A DNA stretch of 64,000 nt from Parasitella parasitica NRRL 2501 (Eukaryota; Fungi; Mucoromycota). Positions 12,000 to 27,500 of the stretch are shown one piece after another. Positions within the stretch are counted from its first letter, which is position 1. Every line of letters starts with the position of its first letter. The DNA lies in contig MU619350.1 of the NCBI GenBank assembly GCA_025201805.1, forward strand, positions 35,704 through 99,703, in the 5' to 3' direction. The notes beneath the pieces were generated by a model that searched no databases, had not been told where the DNA came from, and worked only from the letters and a program-made list of their open reading frames with translations. A program made the position numbers and the translations under genes.

Positions 12000-14171
12000 T
12001 CAAGTTCGTCTTATTTTGGAAGGAAATAAGAAAATTACATCTTCGTCTTCATCTAATTTTCGCTTTCTCTCGTCGGATTCACTCTTTTCTTCTACAGGTT
12101 TGGGAATCGCATTCATCAGTTTTAAATTATCATCGTGGTCCTCGTTTGTATCGCTACAGAATAAAAAAAAAAATCAGCGTTTGCGTCTAGTCATCCGTCT
12201 ATTTCAGACTTACAATGCTTCCAAAACAAGATCCACGTCTTTGTTGCCAGCATCCTGAGTAACACGTAGAATCGTACCCGGTTTCAAGCTAATGTCGCTC
12301 AATGTCGAGTCAACACTTTCATCGAATTCAATGTCGTAAATCATGCGGCTGCCCTCCATAATAGCCACTTCATCCTCAACCATACCAGCTCCGCCCTGCT
12401 CCTGAGGCAGTAAAATGACCTTTTGTATAATATCCTTCAATGTAGTCTTGTCAAAGTCAACTTTTACTGTTGCACTTCTTGATCTGCAAACATTGCAATT
12501 CGGATTAGGTTCCCCATTTGCTTCTTGCACTAATCGAGGCCCGGTTGTCAGGTATGTTCTAGTGTTGTTTTTGATATTTCCACGCAGAATTCCGTACGCT
12601 TTTATGATGACGATGCCTGCAATAACCGCATTGGTGGTTGCAATAGCTGGGATGATATTTCCAGCCATGGCTATACACAGTCAACCCTTCAGTCAGACAA
12701 CCGATAATTATGTTGTGCCAACGGACTTACATTTGACATCAAACAGGCTTTTGGTTGGAATATGGAATGCATGACTTCTCAGGTTAGATGCTGCTGTGAC
12801 AAAATCCATGGCATCTTCGTCGTCCTTATCAAAGGATAAGATGGCGTCTGGCTGTGTACATTTCTCCTCTAGATAGCGTGTAGCTAATCGAATGGCACTG
12901 TCCTTGAACATTTCGAAATTCTCTTTCAATGTCCAAACTTTTTGATCAGCAAGTCCTTGCGTCGACGTTTCTGCTGCTGATACCTCGCTTTCTAGTGTAT
13001 CGTAGTCCAGTGGCGCAGGCGCTTTTCGACTTTTCCACATGGATTCCATGGACAAAAGCCGCTCGATGTCCGATTTGTAGACCTTGTTGAATACGATTTT
13101 GGCATAATCCGCTGATCCAACGGCTTCTTTGATTAGTTTTAGTTCGGCAGTTTCTCTTGACAAAGCTTCTAGCTCCATAGCTAGTAAAGTGTTAGATCTT
13201 GCAGCTTTACGTTTGGCATTTATTTATCTTACCATTTTCCTCAGAGATGTCTGCTTCAAGAGCCTCTTCATCTTCAGAATTGCCAAACAATTGACTAGCA
13301 TGTCATGTTAGAGAAATTGCACATTTTTTCGTCAACTTTCCCCACCTGAATAAGAAGCTCTTTGCCCAAACAATGCAATGAATGGGCGCACTGGGTGTGC
13401 TTCTAATGGTGCAAACTGGGTACGTAGTAGGTGTAGGCTTGGGCTGACAGTCAAAGCATTCAGTCTCGCCCTGTTCAAAACATGAGCAACACACATGTGG
13501 AAGATGTGAATCTACTACAAACCTTTTTAATGACATATGCTTGGCCAAGATAGCCTTGAGTACCGGATTCAACTAAAGGCACGTCTGCTGCCAGACACAT
13601 GGCATTGACATGTCGACGAGCATCTAATATTCAGTTAGGGAAGCTGATTTTTTTGCTCACTCTGTTCCGCTTGACTAACCCAAGTTATCCAACGCGTTGA
13701 GAACCATTGTGAACTGCTTGAACCATTGGATGTTGTATTGGCTCTCCTTAATGTTGCCTTGGAGAGATTCAATCTTGGCTGATGGGTTGAATCTTTTTGC
13801 CGATTCCTTGGCAACCTACATGTCAATCGACTTAGTATCAGGTCTTGTTTTTTTTGCTGATGCAATTATACATGTGCTTTTGCTTTCTTGACATGTTGAC
13901 GCTGAAACAAAAACTGACGATTCAAGTTGGAGATATCAATAGTGTCCAAATCAATCTGGTGCAAGCGTGAGTGTTGGCATCTTTCAGAGTAGAGCATAGC
14001 ACATTAAGTGATTACCACAACAATATCATTGAAGCCTGACATGACCAGGTCTTTCAGCAGCTCACATCCAATGCCACCGGCACCGACTAAAAGAACCTTG
14101 CTGTCTGCAACCTTGGCATACAATTCCTTTCCGAGAACTCGAATATTGTATGCTTCTCTGCTACCTGCCAT
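12000..14171 (-). CDS. UBA2: SUMO-activating enzyme subunit 2
   Basis: [15 protein letters not shown] nucleotide-binding motif; [12 protein letters not shown]; active-site [21 protein letters not shown]; [19 protein letters not shown]; [14 protein letters not shown]; CxxC. Multiple introns; ends ...[17 protein letters not shown]. Confidence 0.95.
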
Positions 14172-14660
14172 AATGGGTTGGATTTTGCAAGTTGAACAGA
14201 GCAACAGACAGTAAAGGCAAGACAACATTTCAAGCGCGTTGTACAGTCACGAAGGCAGGGCAGACTTGCAATGCATTTCACGCATGCAGCATCATCAAAT
14301 ACCGTACCAAAAGTTGCGACCTGAAAAGAAAGCTCTTCAGCTCGATCTCATCGATCTTACTCGGGAATTCCCCTCATTGTGCTGTTTAGAGGTTTCTGTA
14401 GCATGCTGCTATGACTCATGTCATTCAACATGTCATCAATGAAACACCGAAGATTGTGGGGCTATAATACAGTACTACAACGATAGATTCGCTTTGCTAG
14501 GCCCATAGTCACAGGCTAATCAACACGTTCTTTCAAATGAAAAAAAAAAAAAAAAAAAACCTACCCTTCTTCCTCTTCTTTCACATCAGAACCATTCAAT
14601 TTTTTTTGTATATATTCACATAGATATAGGCATAGAAAGTTGGTTTAGAGGATCAGAATA

Positions 14661-16819
<2,159 letters not shown>

Positions 16820-17170
16820 CCTGATAGAGATGCTGTAGTATATTTAAATAAACGTTTTTTTATTATTATTATTATTATCATTATTATCCCCCCTCATAAC
16901 TTATAATATATACTATTTAGTTGGTCTTGCCCTGATGTTATCACTGACCAAAAAAGCTGGATACACAATGTGTGTTTTAATCAATGTAATCTATCAGCAA
17001 AGGTGATAGTCTATAGTGCTAATATCGAGATTTACGTAGTCGAATATCTCGCATTTAATCAGGTCAATGCGTGTTCCCAAATGATATCCCGCCTGCAGCT
17101 CTGTGTATAAAATGGGGCAAACCTCTATTTTTATTTTTATTTTTTTTTACAGCTTCAATACATTTCCATC

Positions 17171-17730
17171 ATGGTAGGCTATCATACTCTTTGTTTATTT
17201 CTACGCGTAGTTAATACTATACCCTATAGACTATTTCTGTTGGCGACTCTCTTCCTCAAGTTTCTCTTGATTATGTTCCTTATGATGCCGCCCGTGATCC
17301 TATGGCTTGTCCCAGACCTATCAAGTATAACCTTGCCAAGGAGCTCAAAGACAAGAAAGCTGTAATCTTTGCAATCCCCGGTGCATTTACCCCCACTTGC
17401 TCAGAAACACATGTTCCCAAGTTCTTGGAAAAGTACGACCAACTCAAGAAGGCAGGCGTTGACGTGATCATTTGTACTGCAGCCAATGATGGCTTTGTCA
17501 TGCATGCTTTCGGCCAACATTTGAAGGTCCAAGATAAGATTATCATGGCTTCGGATGGCGACTCGGGCTTTTTTCAACAATTGGGCCTGACTATGGATTC
17601 AAATGCAAACGGCTTGGTTCGCTCAAAGCGTTTTGCTTTGGTAGTTGATAATCTCAACGTCACTTATGTTGGCGTTGATGAAAAGGGTGTTGATAAATCT
17701 GGCCCAGATGCTGTTTTGCAGAGTTTGTAA
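17171..17730 (+). CDS. Prx5-type peroxiredoxin (Ahp1/Pmp20 family)
   Basis: ATG|intron|TISVGDSLP...; intact active site PGAFTPTCSETHVP; NDGFVMHAFG; RSKRFALVVD. Confidence 0.93.
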
Positions 17731-18060
17731 ATGAATTTTTTGGCATAAAGTAACTGAAAGACACCCTTTTTTTTTTTTTTTTTTTTTTTTNNNNNNNNNN
17801 TTCACTGTGGTGATGTAAGGGGATCTTTGCGTGAGATTGTGGCAATAAGCGTGTATTGCATGCACAAGTGTTAATGAGCCACAAACACAATTGGAATGTG
17901 TTATTCTTAGACTGATTTGAATGAGCTTTTTGCTCATGTCGAAGCTGTCTGTGCCTCATACTTTAACTCCACACAGTCACGACATTTGGGTTACCATGAA
18001 AAAATCTTTCAAATGTCCAGCATACATCAGTCTTTTTTCGATTAGCACCACATTGTAAGC

Positions 18061-18717
18061 ATGTCAGAAGGCAAAAGAGAAGGGAAAAAAGCTTCAAGCA
18101 GGCTTTTAGGAATGAAGGTAATGAAGTTTATTGCTATGGAAACCGAAATCTCTTTGACGAACGCATCGATTAATTAGTTCATGCAACGTTCGATGGAGAA
18201 AGAAATGCAAGAGCAAATAGAGAGAGAACGTAAACGTGTTATATCCGAAGCTGAATGGGTATTAGATACCAAAGATACCACCATACAGAAACCGTAAGGA
18301 TGAGCGCGCTCAGCTCTCTAAGAAATTTTCTAAAGCCAATGTATTATATAGAAAGATTCAGATTCAAGTGGAACCAAGCTTTCTCCCTTTTACACAAGAC
18401 ACAACCGCTGGCAGGAGATCATTCAAGAGCTTTAACAAATCAATTGAGGTATACAAATGCATTTTTAGTACCATAGCACATGTATATTCAAATATTATGA
18501 TCAGGCTAGTGCGGATCAAAACGAAAAATTGCAACGACTTGCACGAGAAGAGAAAGCTGAAGGGAACTCAAGTCTGAATGATGCAGAATTTGGGAAGCAA
18601 ATGCAAACAATTAGATCGGTGTCAAAGAAATCGTCGAAAAAGAGAAAGGCAGATGCTGATAACGCTAAAACAAAAAAGCCCAAGGTTGCTTCAAATACTT
18701 TTCTTAAGCCAGAATAG
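18061..18717 (+). CDS. MPP6: M-phase phosphoprotein 6 (exosome cofactor) homologue
   Basis: Spliced SSRLLGMK|FMQRSME...RVISEAEWVLD...|VEPSFL...GRRSFKSFNKSIE|...FLKPE* matches MPP6 motifs LxMKFMQR, W-LD and GRxSFxxFN. Confidence 0.8.
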
Positions 18718-20090
18718 AGTTAATGTATGTATATGTATATAAATTTAGCGCCCCTCCCCCCCCCCCCTCTTTCAATATGGTATGTAATCAATTTTGGTCA
18801 AAATAAACCTTCATATAGAGCTTATAAACAGGAGATATTTCTGTGAAACACTGACGGATATTGTTTTAATCAGTGTACGAGATAGTCTTTTAAATGAATT
18901 GAATTATATTCTTTTCTAACGCTTCGCGTGAAATTATGCAGTACCAAAGGAACTAGAAGCATACGTGTCTTATATATGTGAATGTTAGTATTAATGAATT
19001 TGCATTAAATGCCTTTGGTTTACTCGACAATGTTTACAAGTAATATAAAAGTCTCCATTTTAAGATTGCAAAAGCTTTAGCCTATGAAATTTAAGCTGGG
19101 TTTTTCTAAATCAAGATGGTGAATTTCGACATCGACAACGGTTTTTGCATGAATAAAAAATAAACAGAATATTAACCATAAAATAATAAAATATGAACAT
19201 ACACAACGTTAATTGCCCTATTTAGTGGCTTAATTGTGTAAAGAACATTAATAAAATGCTATTTGTAAAACTCTTTAATCAAATTTTGGTTTTATGCCCC
19301 AAATTTTATATTCTCAATATATAATCTTCGAATAAATACTTGAAAGCTGTGCATTCAAATTATATTGTTTTTTTACTCTGCAAATGTTATAGACTAAACA
19401 CTGTTTTTTGGGGGGTAAACATTCTATTTTCCAAATTTGCCCATTTCGCATGCATGGTGGCAAGGCAAAAAACACAATATTTGATTTGAAAAAAAAGATC
19501 TTTTTTTATATTTGCATATCATTTAGAGTTGTTAATGAATAGTAGGAGTGCTTTTATTTTTCTTGTAGCTGCTTTTTCCATCGAGATATCATCGCTGAAA
19601 GTTGACATTTTTAAGCAGGAAGAATGAAAAAACAAATGTAATTGCAGCCAATTTCCACCTTTTTTTTTTTTCTGTGTATTAGAGTCAAGTTTTCTTATAC
19701 CGTAGCAAGATTCTGTGGAATAAATGATATTTGAGTATTTGCGCCATAACGGAGAGCTGGCGTCTGTACACTCCTGGCCATGCTGGCAAGAATCGAAACA
19801 CTTGCACTGGGTTACAAATTCAGCCTATTCTATCAATCTTTAGCTATGTACGATTGCGTTGTACTGTCCCCTAACAAGTATGTATTCTGAAACGAGTCTT
19901 CTGTTTATCCTCTTTGTTAGTCATAGATAAAGATCATTTTTGAATGAATGATTTTAGCAATGCGCAATGATATGGTGCTGCAACCATGATAAAGGTAACG
20001 AGCCAATGGATTATGGCGCGGACTTCTACGAAATGAGGATATAAATAAAGCTTGTGTTTTCTTTTTTCTTGTTATTAAAGCAAACAACAC

Positions 20091-23000
20091 ATGAGTGGAA
20101 ACCCTTTTTTACAGCCTGAATCACCAGGCAAGATAGCGGCTCGAAGTAAAACCGTAGTTCGACAAAAATATGTACCTCGACAGCCATCTCAAGATTACTT
20201 TGAGCCTGCTGAAAGAGAGGATTTCCATGGTGATTTTTCAGAGTTCGAAGGTACAGTCATATACATATATATATACATATATATAAAACTACATCGAGTA
20301 ACCAGCGACAAACGACTTAATTCCATATGTAAAATAGCTGTAATGAGAGAAATCCACCAAGGGTGGCAGTTTATGCTAGAAGATGATGTAAAATCAGTTC
20401 CATGTTTGCTTTTTTTTTTGCGTGTTTGCGTCTAAGATGGTTTTTTTTTCTGTATAGTTTGACCCAGTAACACTTACATTAAGGCTTATGGACGATAGTT
20501 CAGTTGGCAAGAAAAAAGACTATAAAGCCTTTCAACGCGTATTGTATGAATTAGATATGGCCCTGAAGACAATCGTCAATGGTAACCGAACTTGGATCAC
20601 AGTAGCAAGAGTGCAATGAAATTAACTCTTGGGCTTAGATTACTACAAAGGCTTCAATAATTCTATCGGTACCTTTGGAGGTGTATTGCAGTATATCAAT
20701 GGTAGACGAGTCTTTGAGATATGTCTGTATGGAGGCAATAACTCACATTGGGCATTATTTAGATTCATCCAGCAGGCTTATTCAAATGAAGAGCAATTTA
20801 AAAAAATGCAAAGAGGAATTGCTATTGAAGAGAAACGACCTGTTGAATCTGTGGTACAAATCCCAGCAGTACAAAGAAATGCTTAGCATATTGGAGACAA
20901 TGTATGTACAATATTGTTGAAAATGGTCGATCTCCAAAAGACTAATAGTGATTTCATTAGAGAAGAATTGCGTACGACCCCTGAGAAAATTGATGCTATG
21001 ATGGAATCCAAGCATGTATTGAGTACGTCCAAGCTTTTATCAAGCTCCATTCGACAAGCTTTGAGTAAGGATATGATGCAGATTGGTGCATTGGATGATG
21101 TCAGACGAACATTGAAATCGCAGAAGAATGTAAAAATCGCTGAACGGCTACCCTTGTGAAAAATACTAAAGTTAACCTCTCTCCCCATATTCTAGACACT
21201 GCATGATCTGCTTATTGAAGAGCTTCATAATCACTTGTATCTCAAAAACTCTTACTGCGATAATCGGTGGTCTGTGTATACTCCCAGACAACAGGATTGT
21301 AAGTCAAATTTGTGCCTTGGTGTATATACCGCGGACAGGTATTTAACATGTAGCCTTCTAGTGCCTGAAACCACCATCAAGCCCAGAAAGTTTAAAGAGT
21401 CTAAAAACACAAATCACAACATCCAAGACGCTCCAGATATGTTTGCAGTAGATAATGACATTGTAAGTTTGCGATAGGGCCAATGAGGGTAATCTTTATT
21501 AATGTGTTTTTTTTTTTCTTGGAAATAGCTAACCGAAGATGCCGATAAAAACCCGGAAACCGATTCGTATTATTACATGGAGATTATCATGGAGGCATTG
21601 CTAGTATTGGGTGATATTCCTGCAGCATTAGAGGTAACTTTGCTTATAGGCGACTATTTCCATTTACTAACGACATGTGCAGACTATCCAAGAGAGATTA
21701 TCAGTCGAAATCCATACACTCGTAGATAAAACTATCTCAGAGGTCGAACAAAGGTAAAAAAAAAAAAAAAAACAATGTTATGTGTTGGCATCTTGCAAGT
21801 ACTCATAACACAGCAGACATTCGAATCAGTGGAACACCAGCCGCAAAAAGGACAAAAATACTGATGATAATGACATTTATTGCCTCGACAAGGCGAATCT
21901 GGAGGTCAAGAATGAAATTCTCAAGGATTTGCTTTGGACATTGTATTCAAAGCTTGAAGCTGTGCTTCGAGGCCATCGATTTATTGAGACTTGTGCTAGA
22001 CGTATAAAAAAGGTACTAATCCATTTGTCTGTGTGTGCAATTGCTGGCTAACGCAAATCAACTGCCACAATTAGAGGCTACTAACCGCCAGATCAACCAA
22101 TCCAGAAGAAGGCTCAGGCTCCAACATCAATGTCTATCATTTCCATGAAATTTGGAGGCCAGTGCAGACAGAGATTCGATCCATATTGCAAGACTACCTA
22201 ACAAGTTCTGACCAATCCATTGTGTCTGTCAACGACCCTGCAACGACCAAGAAATTCCGTGGAAAGCGAGACAAGCCCAAGCAGCTCTTTACATTTGCTG
22301 AAGCGGCAGAGAATGAACAGGTGCACGAATCGTACGAGGATTTGAAGCGAAAGCTGTTTCTGTCTTACAAGAAAAAGGTGCCTGGATTGGAGAAGACAAC
22401 ATTGCATTCTACCATTGTGGATAAATACGCTAATAATCTGTCCTCCAAGGGCCATAAGGTCTTGGTAAAGCCTGATGCCTACAATGTAAGTGTCTTGCTG
22501 AAGCCGACCATGTCCTTTTTGCAGCGTTTGAGAGAAGTATTTCCCAATTAGTAAGTGTGTCGCTACCAAACCCGCGTAACTAGGTACTTAATAGAAGATA
22601 GTGATGACCATAACGAAGAAGGATTTGCAAGCTTCTTGGACGATTTTGCTGTAAACGTCTTTTTACCTCAAATCGAGGAAAAGGTGATGCAGCTTATCCA
22701 ACACGCTACTGTTGGTATGTTGTTTTGAGCATATGCGTTGATTCTGCATGGCCTAATGTTATTTTGCAGGTCTAGATGCTTTCCAAGATGCTCGAGATTA
22801 CAAAAACTATTCAAGATACCCAATTGCCAAGGTAAGCCGCAACCGAGTTTGATTGATTCAGCCGTATTGATCGACTGCTTAAAGAGTGCTGTTGCTTTGA
22901 TTTCTGTCATTCAAAGTCTATGCCGCACAATGCACAGTATGCCTTTCCATACAGATGAATATGTACGCTTAATTGAAGTTGTCCTGCTGAAATTCTATGA

Positions 23001-24452
23001 AAAATGCTACCAGAGGTTCTATTGTAAGTTTCTCTTTTCAGGACTATCGCATGCTGTCTTCTGATCTTCTCCTGTCTTATTTTTTCTTTAGCTACAGTGG
23101 CTAGAGGCAGCTCGTACGGAGACAACCAGGAAAAGAATGTTACAGATGTCACCATCAGCGCCAGTGGAGATTGGGCCCAAGATGAAAATTTGGTTGGATT
23201 ACTTGCGCAGAATCCGTTCTTCAATGATGAGTCGAAATCAGACCACGATTTCATCAAGGCTCTCAACCAATCGGTAAGTGTGTTTATAGACATTCAAATT
23301 ACATTGGCTTTCTGCTAAATATTGTGTACAGGAAATTATCATGGAATTGAAATTGAAGAATGATCGTGTGTTGGAATCAAACGAGCTCATATTCGACTCG
23401 AAAAAACTGATTGCACTAGGCAGACTTTATCATACATTGAAGTGGTTTGTAAGAGAAATATGGGATCTGCGTTCTGCTAATGTCCCGCCATCCATGATGA
23501 CATCGACGCCCAAACTCAATACAGACAGAGAGGACGAAGACTCACCAGAGGTCAGGTATTCCAAACGATGGTCCAGCGAAGAAACAAGACCAGCATTCAA
23601 AGAGGTTGCTGATGCCATCGAGCCAGTTCTTTTGCCTCTGAAAGGCGAAATTGCAAAGTAAGTGCCATCTTTTTTTTTTGTTTTTTTTGTTTTTTAGTGT
23701 TAGGCTGACCATGGTAATAACAGACGTTTCGATGCGTTGCTTACCACATATCAGCAACTGGCAGAAACCTGCCTGTTTACTTTGAGATTGGAAGGGCGTT
23801 GTCATACCATGTACTATTTGGAAATGGCCATTCGAGACGGAAACTATCATTTAGAGGACGAGACTTTTGAGCCTGATCCATACGTTATCACACTAAACTC
23901 GGATTTAATGGAGCTGGATGACTGCATAAACGCATCGTTACCGCCAAAAGACGAGCTGTTTGCATTTGATGGCTTGCCAGGGCTGATTGTGCACATATTG
24001 ATATCAGAGGCAACTTACATAAAGCGACTGAATAGCAATGGCGTGCAAAAGATGGCAAGAAATGTCCTTGCTCTACAGCAGAATCTCAGTAATTTTGTGC
24101 CCCTACCGCAGTGCTCCATCATGGAAAGAGCAAGAGAGTACTATCATCTGTTCAGCCTTGGTAGCGAGGTTGGTACTTTTTGTTCCTGCTTTGAAATGAT
24201 AGCATCACTCAAAATCTCAAATAGGGCATTATTAAATCCATTCAAGAAAACGGGCCTAAATTCACATTCGATGAGTACCGCATCATGCTTGGTTTGATCC
24301 ATGGCATCAACCACGATCAAGATGATGATCCCAAGAGTGCATTGGAATCTGCTTCGTCAGCTAAACTCGAAAACGCAAGAAAGACCAATAGCAACAAGTA
24401 CAGCGAGTGGTTGATGGAGTTGGTTGAAGTGATGGCAGACTATGAGAATTGA
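20091..24452 (+). CDS. SEC8: Exocyst complex component Sec8 (EXOC4), many introns
   Basis: DYYKGFNNSIGTF; LLIEELHNHLYLKNSYCD; NPETDSYYYMEI; CLFTLRLEGRCHTMYYL; EPDPYVITLNSDL; GVQKMARNVLALQQNL. Stop at 24450-24452. Confidence 0.9.
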
Positions 24453-24528
24453 AGCGCAGCAGAAGCTTTGTTTCTTGCCACATTTCAATAAAAAATTTAT
24501 CTTTTACTCTTCTTTCTCTTTTTCTCCA

Positions 24529-24529
<1 letters not shown>

Positions 24530-24571
<42 letters not shown>
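24530..24571. repeat. (TA)21 microsatellite immediately upstream of the Dicer ATG
   Basis: Perfect TA repeat ending 3 nt before the ATG at 24575. Confidence 0.95.
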
Positions 24572-24574
<3 letters not shown>

Positions 24575-24576
<2 letters not shown>

Positions 24577-27500
24577 GAAGAAGCCTCAATTGGGCGAGGG
24601 TGATTTAGCTGATTATGTTGATCCGGCTGTTATATATGTCCCATTGGAGCATAGAGAAAACAACATGAACGACATTGACTTGGCGCTTCTTTCAAAATAC
24701 CTCGACCCTGAATTCATCAATGCAAAGCCAGATGATAAAGCAAAAGAGATGGAGCAGTTGGAGCTCGAAGGAAAGGAGAGAATGAACATAGACTTTGACT
24801 TGGATGATGAATTGGAAGAGGAGATTCAGGAAAAGCAGCTCATTGCCGCCAGACTCCAGCCACGCGAGTATCAATATGAACTCTATACCAAGGCCTTGGA
24901 AGAGAATATCATTACAGTGCTAGACACAGGTGCAGGCAAAACACTGATTTCGATCATGCTGATTAAGTACATGGTTGCGCAAGAAAGGCAAGAAAGACTC
25001 GCCAGAATAGAGGTATAGATACGCATTGTTAAGCCAAATTAGCTCAGCTCTATCAAAAGAAGAAAACAAACTAAGCACACTCGTAGACAAAACTTGCATT
25101 TTTCTTGGTTGATCGTGTTCCCCTTGTGTTTCAGCAAGCAAGCGTAATTAGAGCCAATTGTGATGTCAATTTAAAGGAAATATGCGGCGCGATGGATGTG
25201 GATACATGGTCTGAAAAAAATTGGAAAACGATTTTTGAAGAGAACGACGTGTGTGTCATGACAGGCCAAATTTTCTTGGACGCACTCTACCATGGTTACT
25301 TTAGCATTGAAAAGGTAACTTGCAGTAATTTTTTTTTTTTTTTTTTTTCTTCTTCTTCTTTCCTGGAATTTTTTTTCAAACAAAAGGCACAATGTTTTAC
25401 ACACACAGGTACATCTTTTAGTTTTCGATGAATGCCATCATGCTACAAAAAGACACCCTTTCAACGTGATCATGCGAGAATTTTATGACAGATGCCCCGT
25501 CGAAAAACGCCCTAAAATTTTTGGCATGACAGCATCTCCAACGCAGGTTCAAAACAAAGTGGAGCAAAGCGTTGCGCGGCTCGAAAAAAACTTGAATGCT
25601 CGTGTGTATACCGCCACCAGCCTGGAGAAACTCGAGATTAGCGCGCCCAAGCCTAATGAAACTGCTGTGTTTTACGCAAAGTCACCTTCATACAAACAAA
25701 CCGAACTAATGCTGAGGGTCAGGGACAAGCTGGGCGAAATTGGTCGCTATGCACGCTGCTTTAAGGCTGCTGAAGACATTTTGAAAAACCTTGGCCCTTG
25801 GTGCAGCAATCGCATGTGGAAGAGTATGCTGTCTGAACTGGAGCGGAAGATGTCCAACATGACACAAGATCTGGACAGAGACGCATTGGTTGAAGAAGAC
25901 CTCGCACTGAAAGAAACACATGAATTTGTTGATCCCATCGATTTTCCTCGCAACCCAGATACAACCAGCGCAGAGCTGTTTTCATCAAAGATTACACAGC
26001 TGATGCGTCTTTTGGAAGTGACATCGAGGAAAATATCAGATTTCTGTGGCATTGTCTTTGTCGAGCGCAGACATACCGCAAAGGCTATTCAAGCATTGAT
26101 AGAGTCGCTGGACTTTTTAAATCATATTCGATGCGACACGTTGACTGGCCATGGCTCTACTGAAGAAGGCGATATTCAAATGACATACAAAGACCAAAAT
26201 AAAGTTATTGGGCAATTTCGCAGTGGCGAACTCAATTTGCTTATTGCGACCAATGTAGCTGAAGAAGGTCTAGATATCCAACCTTGCAATGTTGTTATCC
26301 GCTTCGACCCCTGCCCTACGTTGATCTCGTATATTCAATCGAGAGGGCGAGCTCGTAAAGCGGATTCCAAGTACATCACCATGCTAGAAACAGCTGACCA
26401 TCAGAACATAAAAAAAATTGGCGACTTTATGAAAGTAGAAAAGGAAATGAAGGCGTACTGTCAAACAATGCCTGAAAACCGCAACGTGGCCTCCAAGTTT
26501 GCAATCAGCATGAACGGCTACATTTCTGACGATGAGGATTCGGATGACGACGACTACGACTACACGGAAAACTCATTCATTGAACCAGAAACAGGCGCGA
26601 CTATTTCAAAGATGAATTCAGTGCGCCTGATCCACATGTACTGCAGCTCACTTCCGTCAGACAGCTTCTGTGTCCTGAAACCTGTATTTGAGATCATTGC
26701 TACTAGTCAAGGATTCATTTGCAAACTATCTCTTCCAAGCAATGCTCCCTTCCAAGAAATGGAATCCTCAATAATGAACTCAAAAGATCACGCAAAGGCA
26801 GCGGTAGCAATGCAGGCTTGTATTCGTTTGAGAGAATTGGATGCCTTGGACAACCATTTGCGGCCACGCAATATCCGTAAAGAGATTCTAGGTGAAATGG
26901 CTCCGCAGTATGATGAAAATGGGTATATCATTGGCAGTAGACGTCGTCATGGTCTGTACGAAAAAAGAACGCCCAAGTTTTGGGAAAAGCCAAGCTTATT
27001 TGAGGAAGAGGAAGAGGAAGAAAATATTGGCGTTGAAGACAACCCTGATTTGTTGAAGGCTCAAGTACATGCTACTGCAATCTCTGAAAAAAATGAAAAG
27101 GATTTAGGTCAGAGTAGCAATAAGGAAGCAAGTAAGCCAGATCAAGATTCAGCTCCTGGAGAGGTTACCCCTGAAATCAATGGCGATTTGATAGACTTGA
27201 CTGAAGATAATAAAGGAAGCGGTACAGAGAACCAGAGTGTGCAAGGTGAAAAAGATGTCGCAGATGAAAGCGCAGCAGCAGCAGCAGCAGAAGAAGAAGA
27301 AGAAGAGCCAGAAGAAGAACTAAGCGAAGGACCTTTCTCTTGTTATTTTACGATTTTCGAGGTACAACTTCCAGAAAACAAGTTTGAAAATATACCATAC
27401 CGTCGACTATGTCTCATCTCCAAGAAGCCATTCCCAAAACTGCTTGATTTGAAGCTGTACCATAAAAGCATCCCTTTCAAGGTCAAACTTCGAAACATGG

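Noticed and set aside
18750-20050. AT-rich gap between MPP6 and SEC8 as a possible TE or ncRNA
   Set aside because: No TIRs, ORF or recognisable RNA motif that I could verify by eye.
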